From assembly GCF_049240005.1 (NCBI RefSeq), contig NZ_JBMLTK010000028.1:8773-72772 (forward strand): a stretch of 64,000 bases of DNA. Direction: 5' to 3'. Position 1 is the first letter of the stretch, and each line of letters starts with the position of its first letter. The notes beneath the pieces were generated by a model. The model was not told the DNA's origin, made no database searches, and saw only the letters and a list, made by a program, of their open reading frames with translations. This DNA is from Flavobacterium sp. (lineage in GTDB: Bacteria > Bacteroidota > Bacteroidia > Flavobacteriales > Flavobacteriaceae). This document shows positions 52,829 to 61,368 of this stretch, one piece after another. Made by a program: the position numbers and the translations under genes.

Positions 52829-54433
52829 ATGCCAACATTCGAAAAGCGCGTTATTCCGTATACAGAGACTGGTTTGTTCAACAAACTGATGGTCGATTAT
52901 TTGCAGCAGGCTACAGCGGTTCAGGATTTTTATCATCGTCCGGATCGCCTCGAATCATACGCAGATCAAATTCGCGAAAAGTCGGAGAATTACTCAGATT
53001 TTCACAGACAAACTTTGGTTACTGCATTAGAAACGCAATATCAAGGCTTTGAGCTCACAGAAGCGGTTCGAACAAATTTAACTGCGCTGCGAGAATCGCA
53101 CACATTTACGGTTACAACGGGACATCAACTAAGTTTGTTCACCGGACCGTTGTACTTCATTTACAAGATTGTTTCCGCGATTAATTCTGCGAAAGCATTA
53201 CGGATTGAATATCCAGATTATCAATTTGTTCCGGTGTATTGGATGGCGACTGAAGATCACGATTTTGAAGAAATTTCCAGTTTAGTTACTACAAAAGGCA
53301 AGCTCAAATGGCAAAAGCAAGCGCAAGGAGCCGTTGGCCGATTAGATACTGCTGGTCTTGAACAAATAGCTAAACTTTTAGAATCGGAGTTCAGTACCGG
53401 AAAGAATGCGCAAGAAATTGCAGCCTTGTTCAAAAAAGTATATTTGCAAGCCACCAATTTAGCAGCTGCAACACGCATACTGGTAAATACGCTTTTTGGT
53501 GATACCGGCCTGATCATTGTCGATGGCGACGATCGGGCGCTCAAACAAATTTTTGTTCCGTTTGTTAAACGCGAGTTATTCGAACAATTTTCTTTCAAAG
53601 CTGTAAGCCAAACCAACGAAAAGTTGAAATCGTATGCTGTACAAGTAAATCCGCGAGAAATCAATTTGTTTTATCTTACGTCTGGTCTGCGAAACCGCAT
53701 CGTTAAAGAAGACCAGCACTTTCGCGTAGTAGACACCGATATTTTTTTTAGTGAAAGCGAATTGCAAAATGAATTGCAAGATTATCCGGAGCGTTTTAGT
53801 CCGAATGTTATTTTACGTCCGCTTTACGAAGAAGTGATTCTTCCCAATTTGGTTTACATTGGTGGAGCAGGGGAGTTGGCGTATTGGTTGCAGTTGAAAT
53901 CCATGTTCGAAGATGCGGGCGTTACTTTTCCCATCCTAAAACTTAGAAACGCCGCTGTTATATTACAGCGAAAACAGTTTCAAAAAATGGAACGTTTGCA
54001 GCTAGACATAAGCGATTTACTTCGGTCGGTTACCGATTTAAGTAATCGCGTAGCAATACAGTCGGCAGATTTTCCATTGAGTTTAGATCGCGAACGAGCT
54101 GTCGTTGAAAGCACCTTTGCCTATTTAGAAGGCTTAATTGCGCGTACCGATAAGTCGTTTGCTGGTGCTGTTGCGGCGCAAAAGAAAAAGCAGCTTAACG
54201 GTTTAGATAAATTAGAGAAGCGTTTATTGCTTGCGCAGAAGCGAAAAAGTGCCGATGAAATTGTGCGAGCTTTAGCATTGCGGCAGTTTGTTTTTCCATT
54301 TAATCAGTTTCAGGAACGAATTTTGAATTTTTCGGTTTTTTATGCGGAATTCGGCGCCGCATTTATCGATACCTTACTTCAAGAATTTGAACCTTTTAAG
54401 TCCGAATTAGCGGTCTTCATTGCCGACTCGTAA
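52829..54433 (+). CDS. bshC: bacillithiol biosynthesis cysteine-adding enzyme BshC
   Basis: About 535 aa. The N-terminus IPYTETGLFNKLMVDYL and the C-terminal coiled coil fit flavobacterial BshC as I recall it. Start at ATG 52829. Confidence 0.7.
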   Translation: MPTFEKRVIPYTETGLFNKLMVDYLQQATAVQDFYHRPDRLESYADQIREKSENYSDFHRQTLVTALETQYQGFELTEAVRTNLTALRESHTFTVTTGHQLSLFTGPLYFIYKIVSAINSAKALRIEYPDYQFVPVYWMATEDHDFEEISSLVTTKGKLKWQKQAQGAVGRLDTAGLEQIAKLLESEFSTGKNAQEIAALFKKVYLQATNLAAATRILVNTLFGDTGLIIVDGDDRALKQIFVPFVKRELFEQFSFKAVSQTNEKLKSYAVQVNPREINLFYLTSGLRNRIVKEDQHFRVVDTDIFFSESELQNELQDYPERFSPNVILRPLYEEVILPNLVYIGGAGELAYWLQLKSMFEDAGVTFPILKLRNAAVILQRKQFQKMERLQLDISDLLRSVTDLSNRVAIQSADFPLSLDRERAVVESTFAYLEGLIARTDKSFAGAVAAQKKKQLNGLDKLEKRLLLAQKRKSADEIVRALALRQFVFPFNQFQERILNFSVFYAEFGAAFIDTLLQEFEPFKSELAVFIADS

Positions 54434-54554
54434 AACTATTTCAAAAAGTTATCAGCACGAAAACGTTTTCGCTTTTACAATAGCGATTTCCGTGCAATTT
54501 CTTAATGTTAAATATTTGTAATTTTAGCGTCAAAATCACTTTAAAAGTACAGAT

Positions 54555-57500
54555 ATGAAAAAAATCTACGTTTTTATTGCAATGTTGTTTGCTGCACTAA
54601 CTTTTGGGCAGGTTACATCGGTTGCAATTGTGGGAGAAGCAGCCGGAGGTTGGCCAGGCGAACCAGGTAATCCAGGTCCGATCGACGTGCACCAGATGGC
54701 TTCTACGGATGGTGTGAATTGGACGTACGAGAATTTAGTTGTTACTACAGCTAATTCGCCTACGGGGGTTGAAGGTGGTATTAAGTTCCGAGCTAATAAT
54801 GCTTGGACAATTAACTGGGGTGCCCTTGAATTTCCGGCGGGCACGGGCGTAAACAACGGGCAGAATATTCAAACTGTTGGCGGTGTTTACAACGTAACGT
54901 TTAATTCGGATACAGGTGCTTATACCTTTGTACCGACAGCGAATTTTCCTTCAGTAGGAATCTTGGGAACTGCTTTGGGAGGATTTGATGTAGCTGATAC
55001 CGATCTTGCTACTACAGACGGAATCAATTATTACCTTACGTATACGCAATTCTCCGCAGGTCAAGTTAAATTTAGACTAGACAATGCTTGGGATACCAAC
55101 TACGGCGGAACTACTTTCCCGAACGGTACTGCAACTATTAACGGTGCAAACATTAACGTACCAGCAGGTCTTTACAAAGTGTATTTCAACCTACAAACCG
55201 GCGAATACTCCTTTACTTTACCAAGTATTGGTATGATTGGTACTGCTACAGGCGCTACGAACGGATTTGATGGACCGGACATTAACTTAACTACCACAGA
55301 TGGGATTAATTATACGCTCTATAATTATCCATTTGTAGATGGTTTATTGAAATTCCGTCAAGACGATTCTTGGTCTTTAAATTGGGGTGCAGACGCATTC
55401 CCTACAGGAGTTGGAACACAAAATGGTCCAAATATCCCTGTTTCAGAAAGTAACTACACTGTTAATTTCAATAGAATTACCGGCGCATATAGTTTCGAAA
55501 CACCAATTCCTGCATTAAATGTAGGTATCATAGGAACTGCAGTTTCAGCTTCTGGTTTTGATGGTGATGATGTGAATATGACCACCACAGATGGAATCAC
55601 TTACGTACTCGAAAACTACACATTTACAAACGGTGAAGCCAAGTTCCGTTTAGACGATGCTTGGGTAACTTCGTACGGAGGACCAAACTTCCCTAATGGT
55701 TTTGCACAGAATCCGGGAGTTAATATTCCTGTAACCGCAGGTGTTTATACTGTTAAATTCTACTCGACTAATTTACAATACGAGTTTATCGGAACACCAA
55801 CACATCCAACAGTTGGTATTCTTGGAACAGCAGTAAACGCAAACGGATTTGCAGGTCCAGACGTTAATTTAGTTACAACCGATGGTGAAACATACACACT
55901 TTCTAATTATACCTTCACAAACGGATTAGCTAAGTTCAGATTAAACGATGCTTGGGATACAAACTGGGGTAGTACACTGTTCCCAGAAGGTATCGGTAAC
56001 CAAGGGGGCGATGATATTCCTGTGATTGCAGGAACGTATAATGTTACGTTTACACGTTCAACAGGAGCGTATCAATTTGCAGCAGTGGGCGAGTTCCCAT
56101 CAATCGGACTAATCGGATCGGCGTTAGACGGAACCCTAACTTCCGACACTGATTTAAATTTAACCACTACAAACGGAATCATATACACACTCCCAGAAAC
56201 TACTTTCCTTGAAGGAACAGTTAAGTTTAGACAAAACGATGCATGGACAGTAAACTGGGGTGCTGCAGGTTTTCCAAACGGAGTTGGTGTTCAAGACGGT
56301 GCCGATATTCCAGTACCAGCAGGAACATACTCAGTAACATTTAATCGTCTTACAGGTGCTTACGACTTTGCTGGCGCCGGTTTCCCACTAATCGAATTAT
56401 TGGGAGATGGCTTTATCAACTGGACTACACCAGTAGCTATGACAACTTCAAACGGTGTTGATTATTCGTTGAAAGCACGTAACTTCGTTGGTGGTCCAGT
56501 GAAATTCCGCGAAGGTGGAAACTGGAATGGCAACAACTGGGGAAGCGCTGATTTCCCAACAGGAACTGGGGTACAAGATGGACCAGATATTCCTGTTGTA
56601 GCGAATCGTTATAACGTAGATTTCAATAGATCAACCGGCGCGTACGATTTCAAATTTGTGGAAATCGGTATCATCGGACCAGCAGTTGCTGGTTGGGACG
56701 GGCCTGATGGATTTTTAGCAACAACCGACGGAATCAATTACCAGGCTTCTGGTGCAGACCTTACTGCAGGTCAGCTTAAATTCAGAGAAAATGCTAACTG
56801 GGCTGTAAACTGGGGAAGCGCCGATTTTCCAAGTGGTATCGGAACACAAGATGGACCTGAAATCAATATTCCTGAAACGGGTTCTTATACCATTACGTTT
56901 AACCGAATTACAGGCGCATACACTTTCGAACTTGAAAACGTTACTCCTCAAATAAGTGTTCAAATTGCGGGTGCAGGTTTACTTGAACAAGAAAGTTCAA
57001 TAATGATGACTACAACAGACAATGTTAGCTTCTCTTCTAAAGCAATTACGTTTGTTGGTGGTCCGGTTCGTTTTGTGGTAAACAATGGTCCTGGTTCTGG
57101 AGATTTCAGTTCTGATACGTTCCCTTCAGGTATCGCCGTATTAAACGGTCCAAATATTCCTACTACAGAAAACTTGTTTAACGTTAACTACAACTTAAGT
57201 ACGAAGGCATACAGCTTTGATTTTGTTGAAATTAGTTTAGTTGGAAGTGCGGTTTCTGAAACGTCTGGAGATGATCTTTTATTCACATCCACCGATGGTA
57301 TCAACTACACGCGAGAAGCAGTAGTACTTGTTAACGGTTCGCTTTATTTCCGCCAAAACCAAACAGATGAAACTAAATGGGGTAACGGTACTTTCCCACA
57401 AGGAACTGCGAATCTCGCGGGAAGCGAATTTGCAGTTGAAGAAGGAACCTATAACGTAAGCTTTAACAGAATAACAGGTGCATTCAACTTCGAAATTCCT

Positions 57501-57755
57501 GCATCTGTCGGCGAATTCAATAAAGCAAACATCAAAACGTATCCAAATCCATCAAATAATAGCTGGACAATCGGTGCAGCTTCTATACAAATTAAATCAG
57601 TAAGCGTTTTCGATATCACTGGGAAATTAGTGTACGAAGCTCAAGTAAACGATGTGCAAGCAAAAGTAAATGCCAGTAACTTGCCGATTGGAATGTATTT
57701 TGCCAAAATTTCGACCGAAATCGGAAGCTATACAGCCAAATTGGTTCGTAACTAG
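54555..57755 (+). CDS. T9SS-secreted protein with ten ~96-aa tandem beta-sandwich (SusE/SusF-like glycan-binding?) repeats
   Basis: Signal peptide. Repeats carry the recurring pattern G.A..G..G.D..(L/M).TTDG..Y.......G..KFR.(N/D)(D/N)AW..N(W/Y)G...FP.G.G.Q.G..I.V..G.Y.V.FN..TGAY.F. The C-terminus YPNPSNNSWTI...GMYFAKI...KLVRN is a type A sorting domain. Confidence 0.85.
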   Translation: MKKIYVFIAMLFAALTFGQVTSVAIVGEAAGGWPGEPGNPGPIDVHQMASTDGVNWTYENLVVTTANSPTGVEGGIKFRANNAWTINWGALEFPAGTGVNNGQNIQTVGGVYNVTFNSDTGAYTFVPTANFPSVGILGTALGGFDVADTDLATTDGINYYLTYTQFSAGQVKFRLDNAWDTNYGGTTFPNGTATINGANINVPAGLYKVYFNLQTGEYSFTLPSIGMIGTATGATNGFDGPDINLTTTDGINYTLYNYPFVDGLLKFRQDDSWSLNWGADAFPTGVGTQNGPNIPVSESNYTVNFNRITGAYSFETPIPALNVGIIGTAVSASGFDGDDVNMTTTDGITYVLENYTFTNGEAKFRLDDAWVTSYGGPNFPNGFAQNPGVNIPVTAGVYTVKFYSTNLQYEFIGTPTHPTVGILGTAVNANGFAGPDVNLVTTDGETYTLSNYTFTNGLAKFRLNDAWDTNWGSTLFPEGIGNQGGDDIPVIAGTYNVTFTRSTGAYQFAAVGEFPSIGLIGSALDGTLTSDTDLNLTTTNGIIYTLPETTFLEGTVKFRQNDAWTVNWGAAGFPNGVGVQDGADIPVPAGTYSVTFNRLTGAYDFAGAGFPLIELLGDGFINWTTPVAMTTSNGVDYSLKARNFVGGPVKFREGGNWNGNNWGSADFPTGTGVQDGPDIPVVANRYNVDFNRSTGAYDFKFVEIGIIGPAVAGWDGPDGFLATTDGINYQASGADLTAGQLKFRENANWAVNWGSADFPSGIGTQDGPEINIPETGSYTITFNRITGAYTFELENVTPQISVQIAGAGLLEQESSIMMTTTDNVSFSSKAITFVGGPVRFVVNNGPGSGDFSSDTFPSGIAVLNGPNIPTTENLFNVNYNLSTKAYSFDFVEISLVGSAVSETSGDDLLFTSTDGINYTREAVVLVNGSLYFRQNQTDETKWGNGTFPQGTANLAGSEFAVEEGTYNVSFNRITGAFNFEIPASVGEFNKANIKTYPNPSNNSWTIGAASIQIKSVSVFDITGKLVYEAQVNDVQAKVNASNLPIGMYFAKISTEIGSYTAKLVRN

Positions 57756-57774
57756 TAATTTGAATTAGACTCTA

Positions 57775-57811
57775 AAAGCTCCGTTGATTTACCGTCAACG
57801 GGGCTTTTTTT
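57775..57811 (+). terminator. rho-independent terminator after the T9SS repeat protein gene
   Basis: aaagctccgttga-tttaccg-tcaacggggcttt followed by ttttt. Confidence 0.6.
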
Positions 57812-57861
57812 ATTGCCGAAAAGTAAAATGTATGTTGTACTTTTGCCGAAAATTTAAAAAC

Positions 57862-58281
57862 ATGGCAACGAATCGTACTTTTACGATGATTAAACCTGAC
57901 GCAGTTGAAGCAGGTAATATCGGAAACATCTTGAAAATGATCACCGACGGCGGTTTTAAAATCGTCGCAATGAAATTAACGCACTTGTCGGAAACCGATG
58001 CGAAAAAATTCTACGCTGTGCACGCTGCACGTCCGTTTTACGGAGAATTAGTAGAATTCATGTCGCGCGGACCAATCGTAGCAGCAGTTCTTGAAAAAGA
58101 AAATGCAGTAGAAGATTTCCGTACACTTATCGGCGCTACCAATCCAGCTGAAGCTGCTGAAGGTACCATCCGTAAAGCATATGCAAAATCAATCGGCGAG
58201 AATGCCGTTCACGGTTCAGATAGCGACGAAAATGCAGCCATCGAAGCAGCATTTCACTTCGCAGGTCGTGAAATATTCTAA
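57862..58281 (+). CDS. ndk: nucleoside diphosphate kinase
   Basis: [11 protein letters not shown], and NAVHGSDS containing the catalytic His. Start at ATG 57862. Confidence 0.95.
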   Translation: MATNRTFTMIKPDAVEAGNIGNILKMITDGGFKIVAMKLTHLSETDAKKFYAVHAARPFYGELVEFMSRGPIVAAVLEKENAVEDFRTLIGATNPAEAAEGTIRKAYAKSIGENAVHGSDSDENAAIEAAFHFAGREIF

Positions 58282-58303
58282 TTCATAATACGTTTAGAAA
58301 TAA

Positions 58304-58333
58304 GAAAGTCGGCTTTAGGGTCGACTTTTTTTA
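58304..58333 (+). terminator. terminator-like hairpin after ndk
   Basis: gaaagtcgg-cttta-gggtcgacttt followed by ttttt (imperfect stem). Confidence 0.45.
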
Positions 58334-58387
58334 TGGCAGCTGCCTCACAAAATTGCTGCTTCATCGAAAATCGCCGTGGTCGGCACC

Positions 58388-58467
58388 GGGCTGTTCGCTG
58401 CCCCCGATAGCTATCGGGGTGCCACTCGGCAACTGCCGCTCGTGGCAGGATTTTCACTGCCATCCCT
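58388..58467 (+). repeat. GC-rich structured intergenic repeat (family copy G4)
   Basis: gggctgttcgctgcc ... ccccgatagctatcgggg (palindrome) ... ggattttcactgccatccct. The ends resemble the copy at 6311-6440. Confidence 0.45.
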
Positions 58468-58486
58468 GCTGCAAGAAAACCGTTAC

Positions 58487-58774
58487 CTAACGAAGTACCA
58501 CTTCTTTAACAACATCGCGACGTAAGTGCTCGTTAAGCATCTTTACAATTTTATCCTTTCCGAATTGCAACTCCTGACGTAAAACCGACGACGACAATTG
58601 CACATACAACGTACCTTCATTAAAATCGACCGCGAGTGTGTAGCTTTTTACGCCCGATCCCATCACGTCGAACCATGCAGCCGGAACTTCGGTTTTGTCG
58701 AGCCCGCGTTGCCATTTATTTCGTGCAATGAGTTCTTGCAATACGGCTGCAATCGAATTTTCGTTGGATTTCAT
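58487..58774 (-). CDS. DUF721 (DciA-like) protein
   Basis: 95 aa. AWFDVMGSGVKSYTLAVDFNEGTLYVQLSSSVLRQELQF is the typical DUF721 pattern. Confidence 0.7.
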   Translation of the reverse strand: MKSNENSIAAVLQELIARNKWQRGLDKTEVPAAWFDVMGSGVKSYTLAVDFNEGTLYVQLSSSVLRQELQFGKDKIVKMLNEHLRRDVVKEVVLR

Positions 58775-58775
58775 C

Positions 58776-59201
58776 TTACTTGATACTAAAAGGTTGCGGA
58801 CGCTTGTAAAAATAGATCGCTCCTGCCGCTCCTGCGATTTCTAAGGAAGAGCTGTCGATAGCAATGATTTTTTCCGACCATTTTCCGTATCGGGTTTCGT
58901 AGCGCAATAACCAATTTCCTGCGCTGTCGGTAACTGTAAAACGTTCCTGAACGTCGTTAACTAAATAGCGCCCATCGATTTGGGGATACACTTTTTTTCG
59001 AATGCCGTTGCGCGATTTTACCTGTATGAAATCAATGGACTCGTTTACTTTATACTCTTTCTTGTCGCCGTCGGGTAATTCTACTTTTTCGATTTCCCAA
59101 TAGCCGTTTAAATAAGCCAAATCCGATTCCGGAATGTTATCTTTACAACTCACTACTCCAAGGCAAACAAATAAAAATGCCGATTTAATTAAAAGCTTCA
59201 T
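58776..59201 (-). CDS. lipoprotein, lipocalin-like
   Basis: Signal peptide plus lipobox (LGVVSC). Beta-rich, contains GYWEIEKVE. A 1-nt gap separates it from the downstream DUF721 gene. Confidence 0.6.
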   Translation of the reverse strand: MKLLIKSAFLFVCLGVVSCKDNIPESDLAYLNGYWEIEKVELPDGDKKEYKVNESIDFIQVKSRNGIRKKVYPQIDGRYLVNDVQERFTVTDSAGNWLLRYETRYGKWSEKIIAIDSSSLEIAGAAGAIYFYKRPQPFSIK

Positions 59202-59281
59202 AGCTGTAAAATTATCTAATTATTGCCGTACTTTAAACCTTTGCTAAAGGAAATAGTCATACGATTATAAATGTTTTTCCT

Positions 59282-60355
59282 ATGAAACTTTCAATACTAC
59301 CACTTGTCTTTGTTTTGGCATTATTTGCTTGCAGCTCCGATGGCAACAACGATTCGGATAATAATCCGCAGCCCGACACGCTGTATTACCCAACTACCGA
59401 CGCTACGTGGGAGACAGTTACGGCCGAATCTTTGGGCTGGAATACAGCAGCATTTTCGGATTTGTACGCCTTTTTAGAACTCAAAAACACCAAAAGTTTC
59501 ATGATTTTGTACAACGGAAGAATTGTTAGTGAGCAGTATTTTAACGGACATTCGGCACAGTCGCTTTGGTATTGGGCCAGCGCAGGAAAAACGCTTACAA
59601 CGGCTTGTACTGGAATTGCTGCCGAGCAAGGTTTACTCAATGTAAACGCAGCAGTTTCGACCTATTTAGGCGCAGGCTGGACGTCGTTACCCGCAAACAA
59701 AGAGCAATTGATTAAAGTTTCGAATTTACTAACGATGACCAGCGGTCTCGATGATTCGTTAGGAGATAGTGTAGCGCCAGAAAATTTACAGTACGTTGCC
59801 GATGCAGGCACACGTTGGGCGTATCACAATGTTTATGTGAAATTGCAAGACGTTGTTTCGGAGGTTGCAAACAAAACCTGGGCTACATATTTTAACGAGA
59901 ACCTTCGCGATAAAATTGGCATGAACGGATTTTGGTTTAGTTCGGGTGAAGACTTGAGTGTGTACAGAAGCAATACAAAAAGTATGGCACGTTTTGGTTT
60001 GTTGATGAGTAGAAAAGGAAAGTGGTTTGATCAGCAAATAGTACCCGAAGCGTTTTGTGAAGCTGCTACTCAAACCTCGCAAAATTTGAATCGAGCGTAC
60101 GGTTATATGTGGTGGATTAACGGAGAAAGCACGTACCGCTTGCCACAAGTGCAGTTCCAATTCAATGGAAGTTTGATTCCAAGTGCTCCGGCAGATATGT
60201 ATTGTGCGTTGGGTAAAAACGATCAAAAAATTTATATCGTTCCTTCTCGAAAGCTCGTGATTATACGTATGGGCGATTCGGCCGATGGTACTAACTTTGC
60301 CTTATCCGATTTTGACGATGCATTGTGGCAAAAAATAAATGCGGTTATTCAATAA
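59282..60355 (+). CDS. serine hydrolase / beta-lactamase-family lipoprotein
   Basis: Lipobox LALFACSS. SAGKT fits the SxxK nucleophile motif. 357 aa. Confidence 0.75.
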   Translation: MKLSILPLVFVLALFACSSDGNNDSDNNPQPDTLYYPTTDATWETVTAESLGWNTAAFSDLYAFLELKNTKSFMILYNGRIVSEQYFNGHSAQSLWYWASAGKTLTTACTGIAAEQGLLNVNAAVSTYLGAGWTSLPANKEQLIKVSNLLTMTSGLDDSLGDSVAPENLQYVADAGTRWAYHNVYVKLQDVVSEVANKTWATYFNENLRDKIGMNGFWFSSGEDLSVYRSNTKSMARFGLLMSRKGKWFDQQIVPEAFCEAATQTSQNLNRAYGYMWWINGESTYRLPQVQFQFNGSLIPSAPADMYCALGKNDQKIYIVPSRKLVIIRMGDSADGTNFALSDFDDALWQKINAVIQ

Positions 60356-60573
60356 GCATATGATTCAGAGAGTGTACTGCTTCTTAATTGTCCAAGTATT
60401 TTACCAGTTTTTGTTAGTTTGACATACGACTGTACGTTGACCTTGCTTTGATTTTTTTTTAAAATCGCGAGAACGGTATTTATTTTAATTTTTGAAGAGA
60501 ATTATGAGAGACATAAAATTTTGTATTTTCTCTGTAGCTAGTGATAATGCGTAATTCAGGAGGATAATTTTTA

Positions 60574-60700
60574 AAAAACGTAAGGCAACGCTCCGGGGCC
60601 TCCAGCCCGCCTCCGGCATAAAATTACAAAATCGATTTTTAGAGAGCGAATTTTTGGCGTGTTTAAACGTTTATAAACGTTTAGGTTGGTTATCAACAAT
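60574..60700 (+). repeat. 127-bp direct repeat, copy 1 (contains the perfect 18-bp palindrome AAACGTTTATAAACGTTT at 60665-60682)
   Basis: Near-identical to 60915-61041, offset 341 bp. Confidence 0.7.
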
Positions 60701-60914
60701 ATACCTGGCGCGAGGTACTAGATTTGTGGCGTAGCTGATGAGAAAAGTCAGGGGAATGACATGCATTTTAGCGACGGAGCCAGAATCAAATTTGCCATTT
60801 AAGATGGCAAAAACGTTTGGATTGTTAGCCTGACCCAAAAAAGTGATTAGGATGTAAAATTTTATAAATTGAAAAGCTTGAGTGTAGAAAAGGCTTTCAC
60901 GGCCAAAATCGCCA

Positions 60915-61041
60915 AAAAAGGTAAAGCAACGCTCCGGGGCCTCCAGCCCGCCTCCGGCATAAAATTACAAAATCGATTTTTAGAGAACGAATTTTAATCG
61001 TGTTTAAACGTTTATAAACGTTTAGGTAGGTTATGAACAAT
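60915..61041 (+). repeat. 127-bp direct repeat, copy 2 (palindrome at 61006-61023)
   Basis: aacgctccggggcctccagcccgcctccggcataaaattacaaaatcgatttttagaga is shared verbatim with copy 1. The few mismatches lie elsewhere in the unit. Confidence 0.7.
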
Positions 61042-61368
61042 TTTGGCACACTACTCAAGCGCTCCCCGTAGCGTTTCGACAGCAGATAATTCGGCACTAT
61101 TTTCGGTGCACGAACGTCGCGCAACCGATTGAGCGGATTAGCCCACAGCTTGCCCGTATGCAATAGGGCCAAGCGAGGACTATGAGCGAAAGCGGGACGG
61201 CAAAACCGCACGGATTTTCCACCCAATAGTTTTGCCGGTGCGCCCAAATAAAAAATACTAGTTCGCTGTATCTTGAAAATCTAGGTATTTGCGCTGAAAA
61301 AGCGATTTTTGTTCGAGCTCTCGTTTTCAGTAAAAAAGCCTTATTTTTAGCGCAATCTAAATAAGGTT

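Noticed and set aside
58278-58463. 61-aa ORF between ndk and the DUF721 gene
   Set aside because: It coincides with the ndk terminator and GC-rich repeat copy G4, has no ribosome-binding context, and has a repeat-driven composition.
60574-61041. Possible CRISPR array
   Set aside because: There are only two copies, the units are 127 bp long, the period is 341 bp, and there are no cas genes. This is not CRISPR-like. I saw no CRISPR array anywhere in the window.
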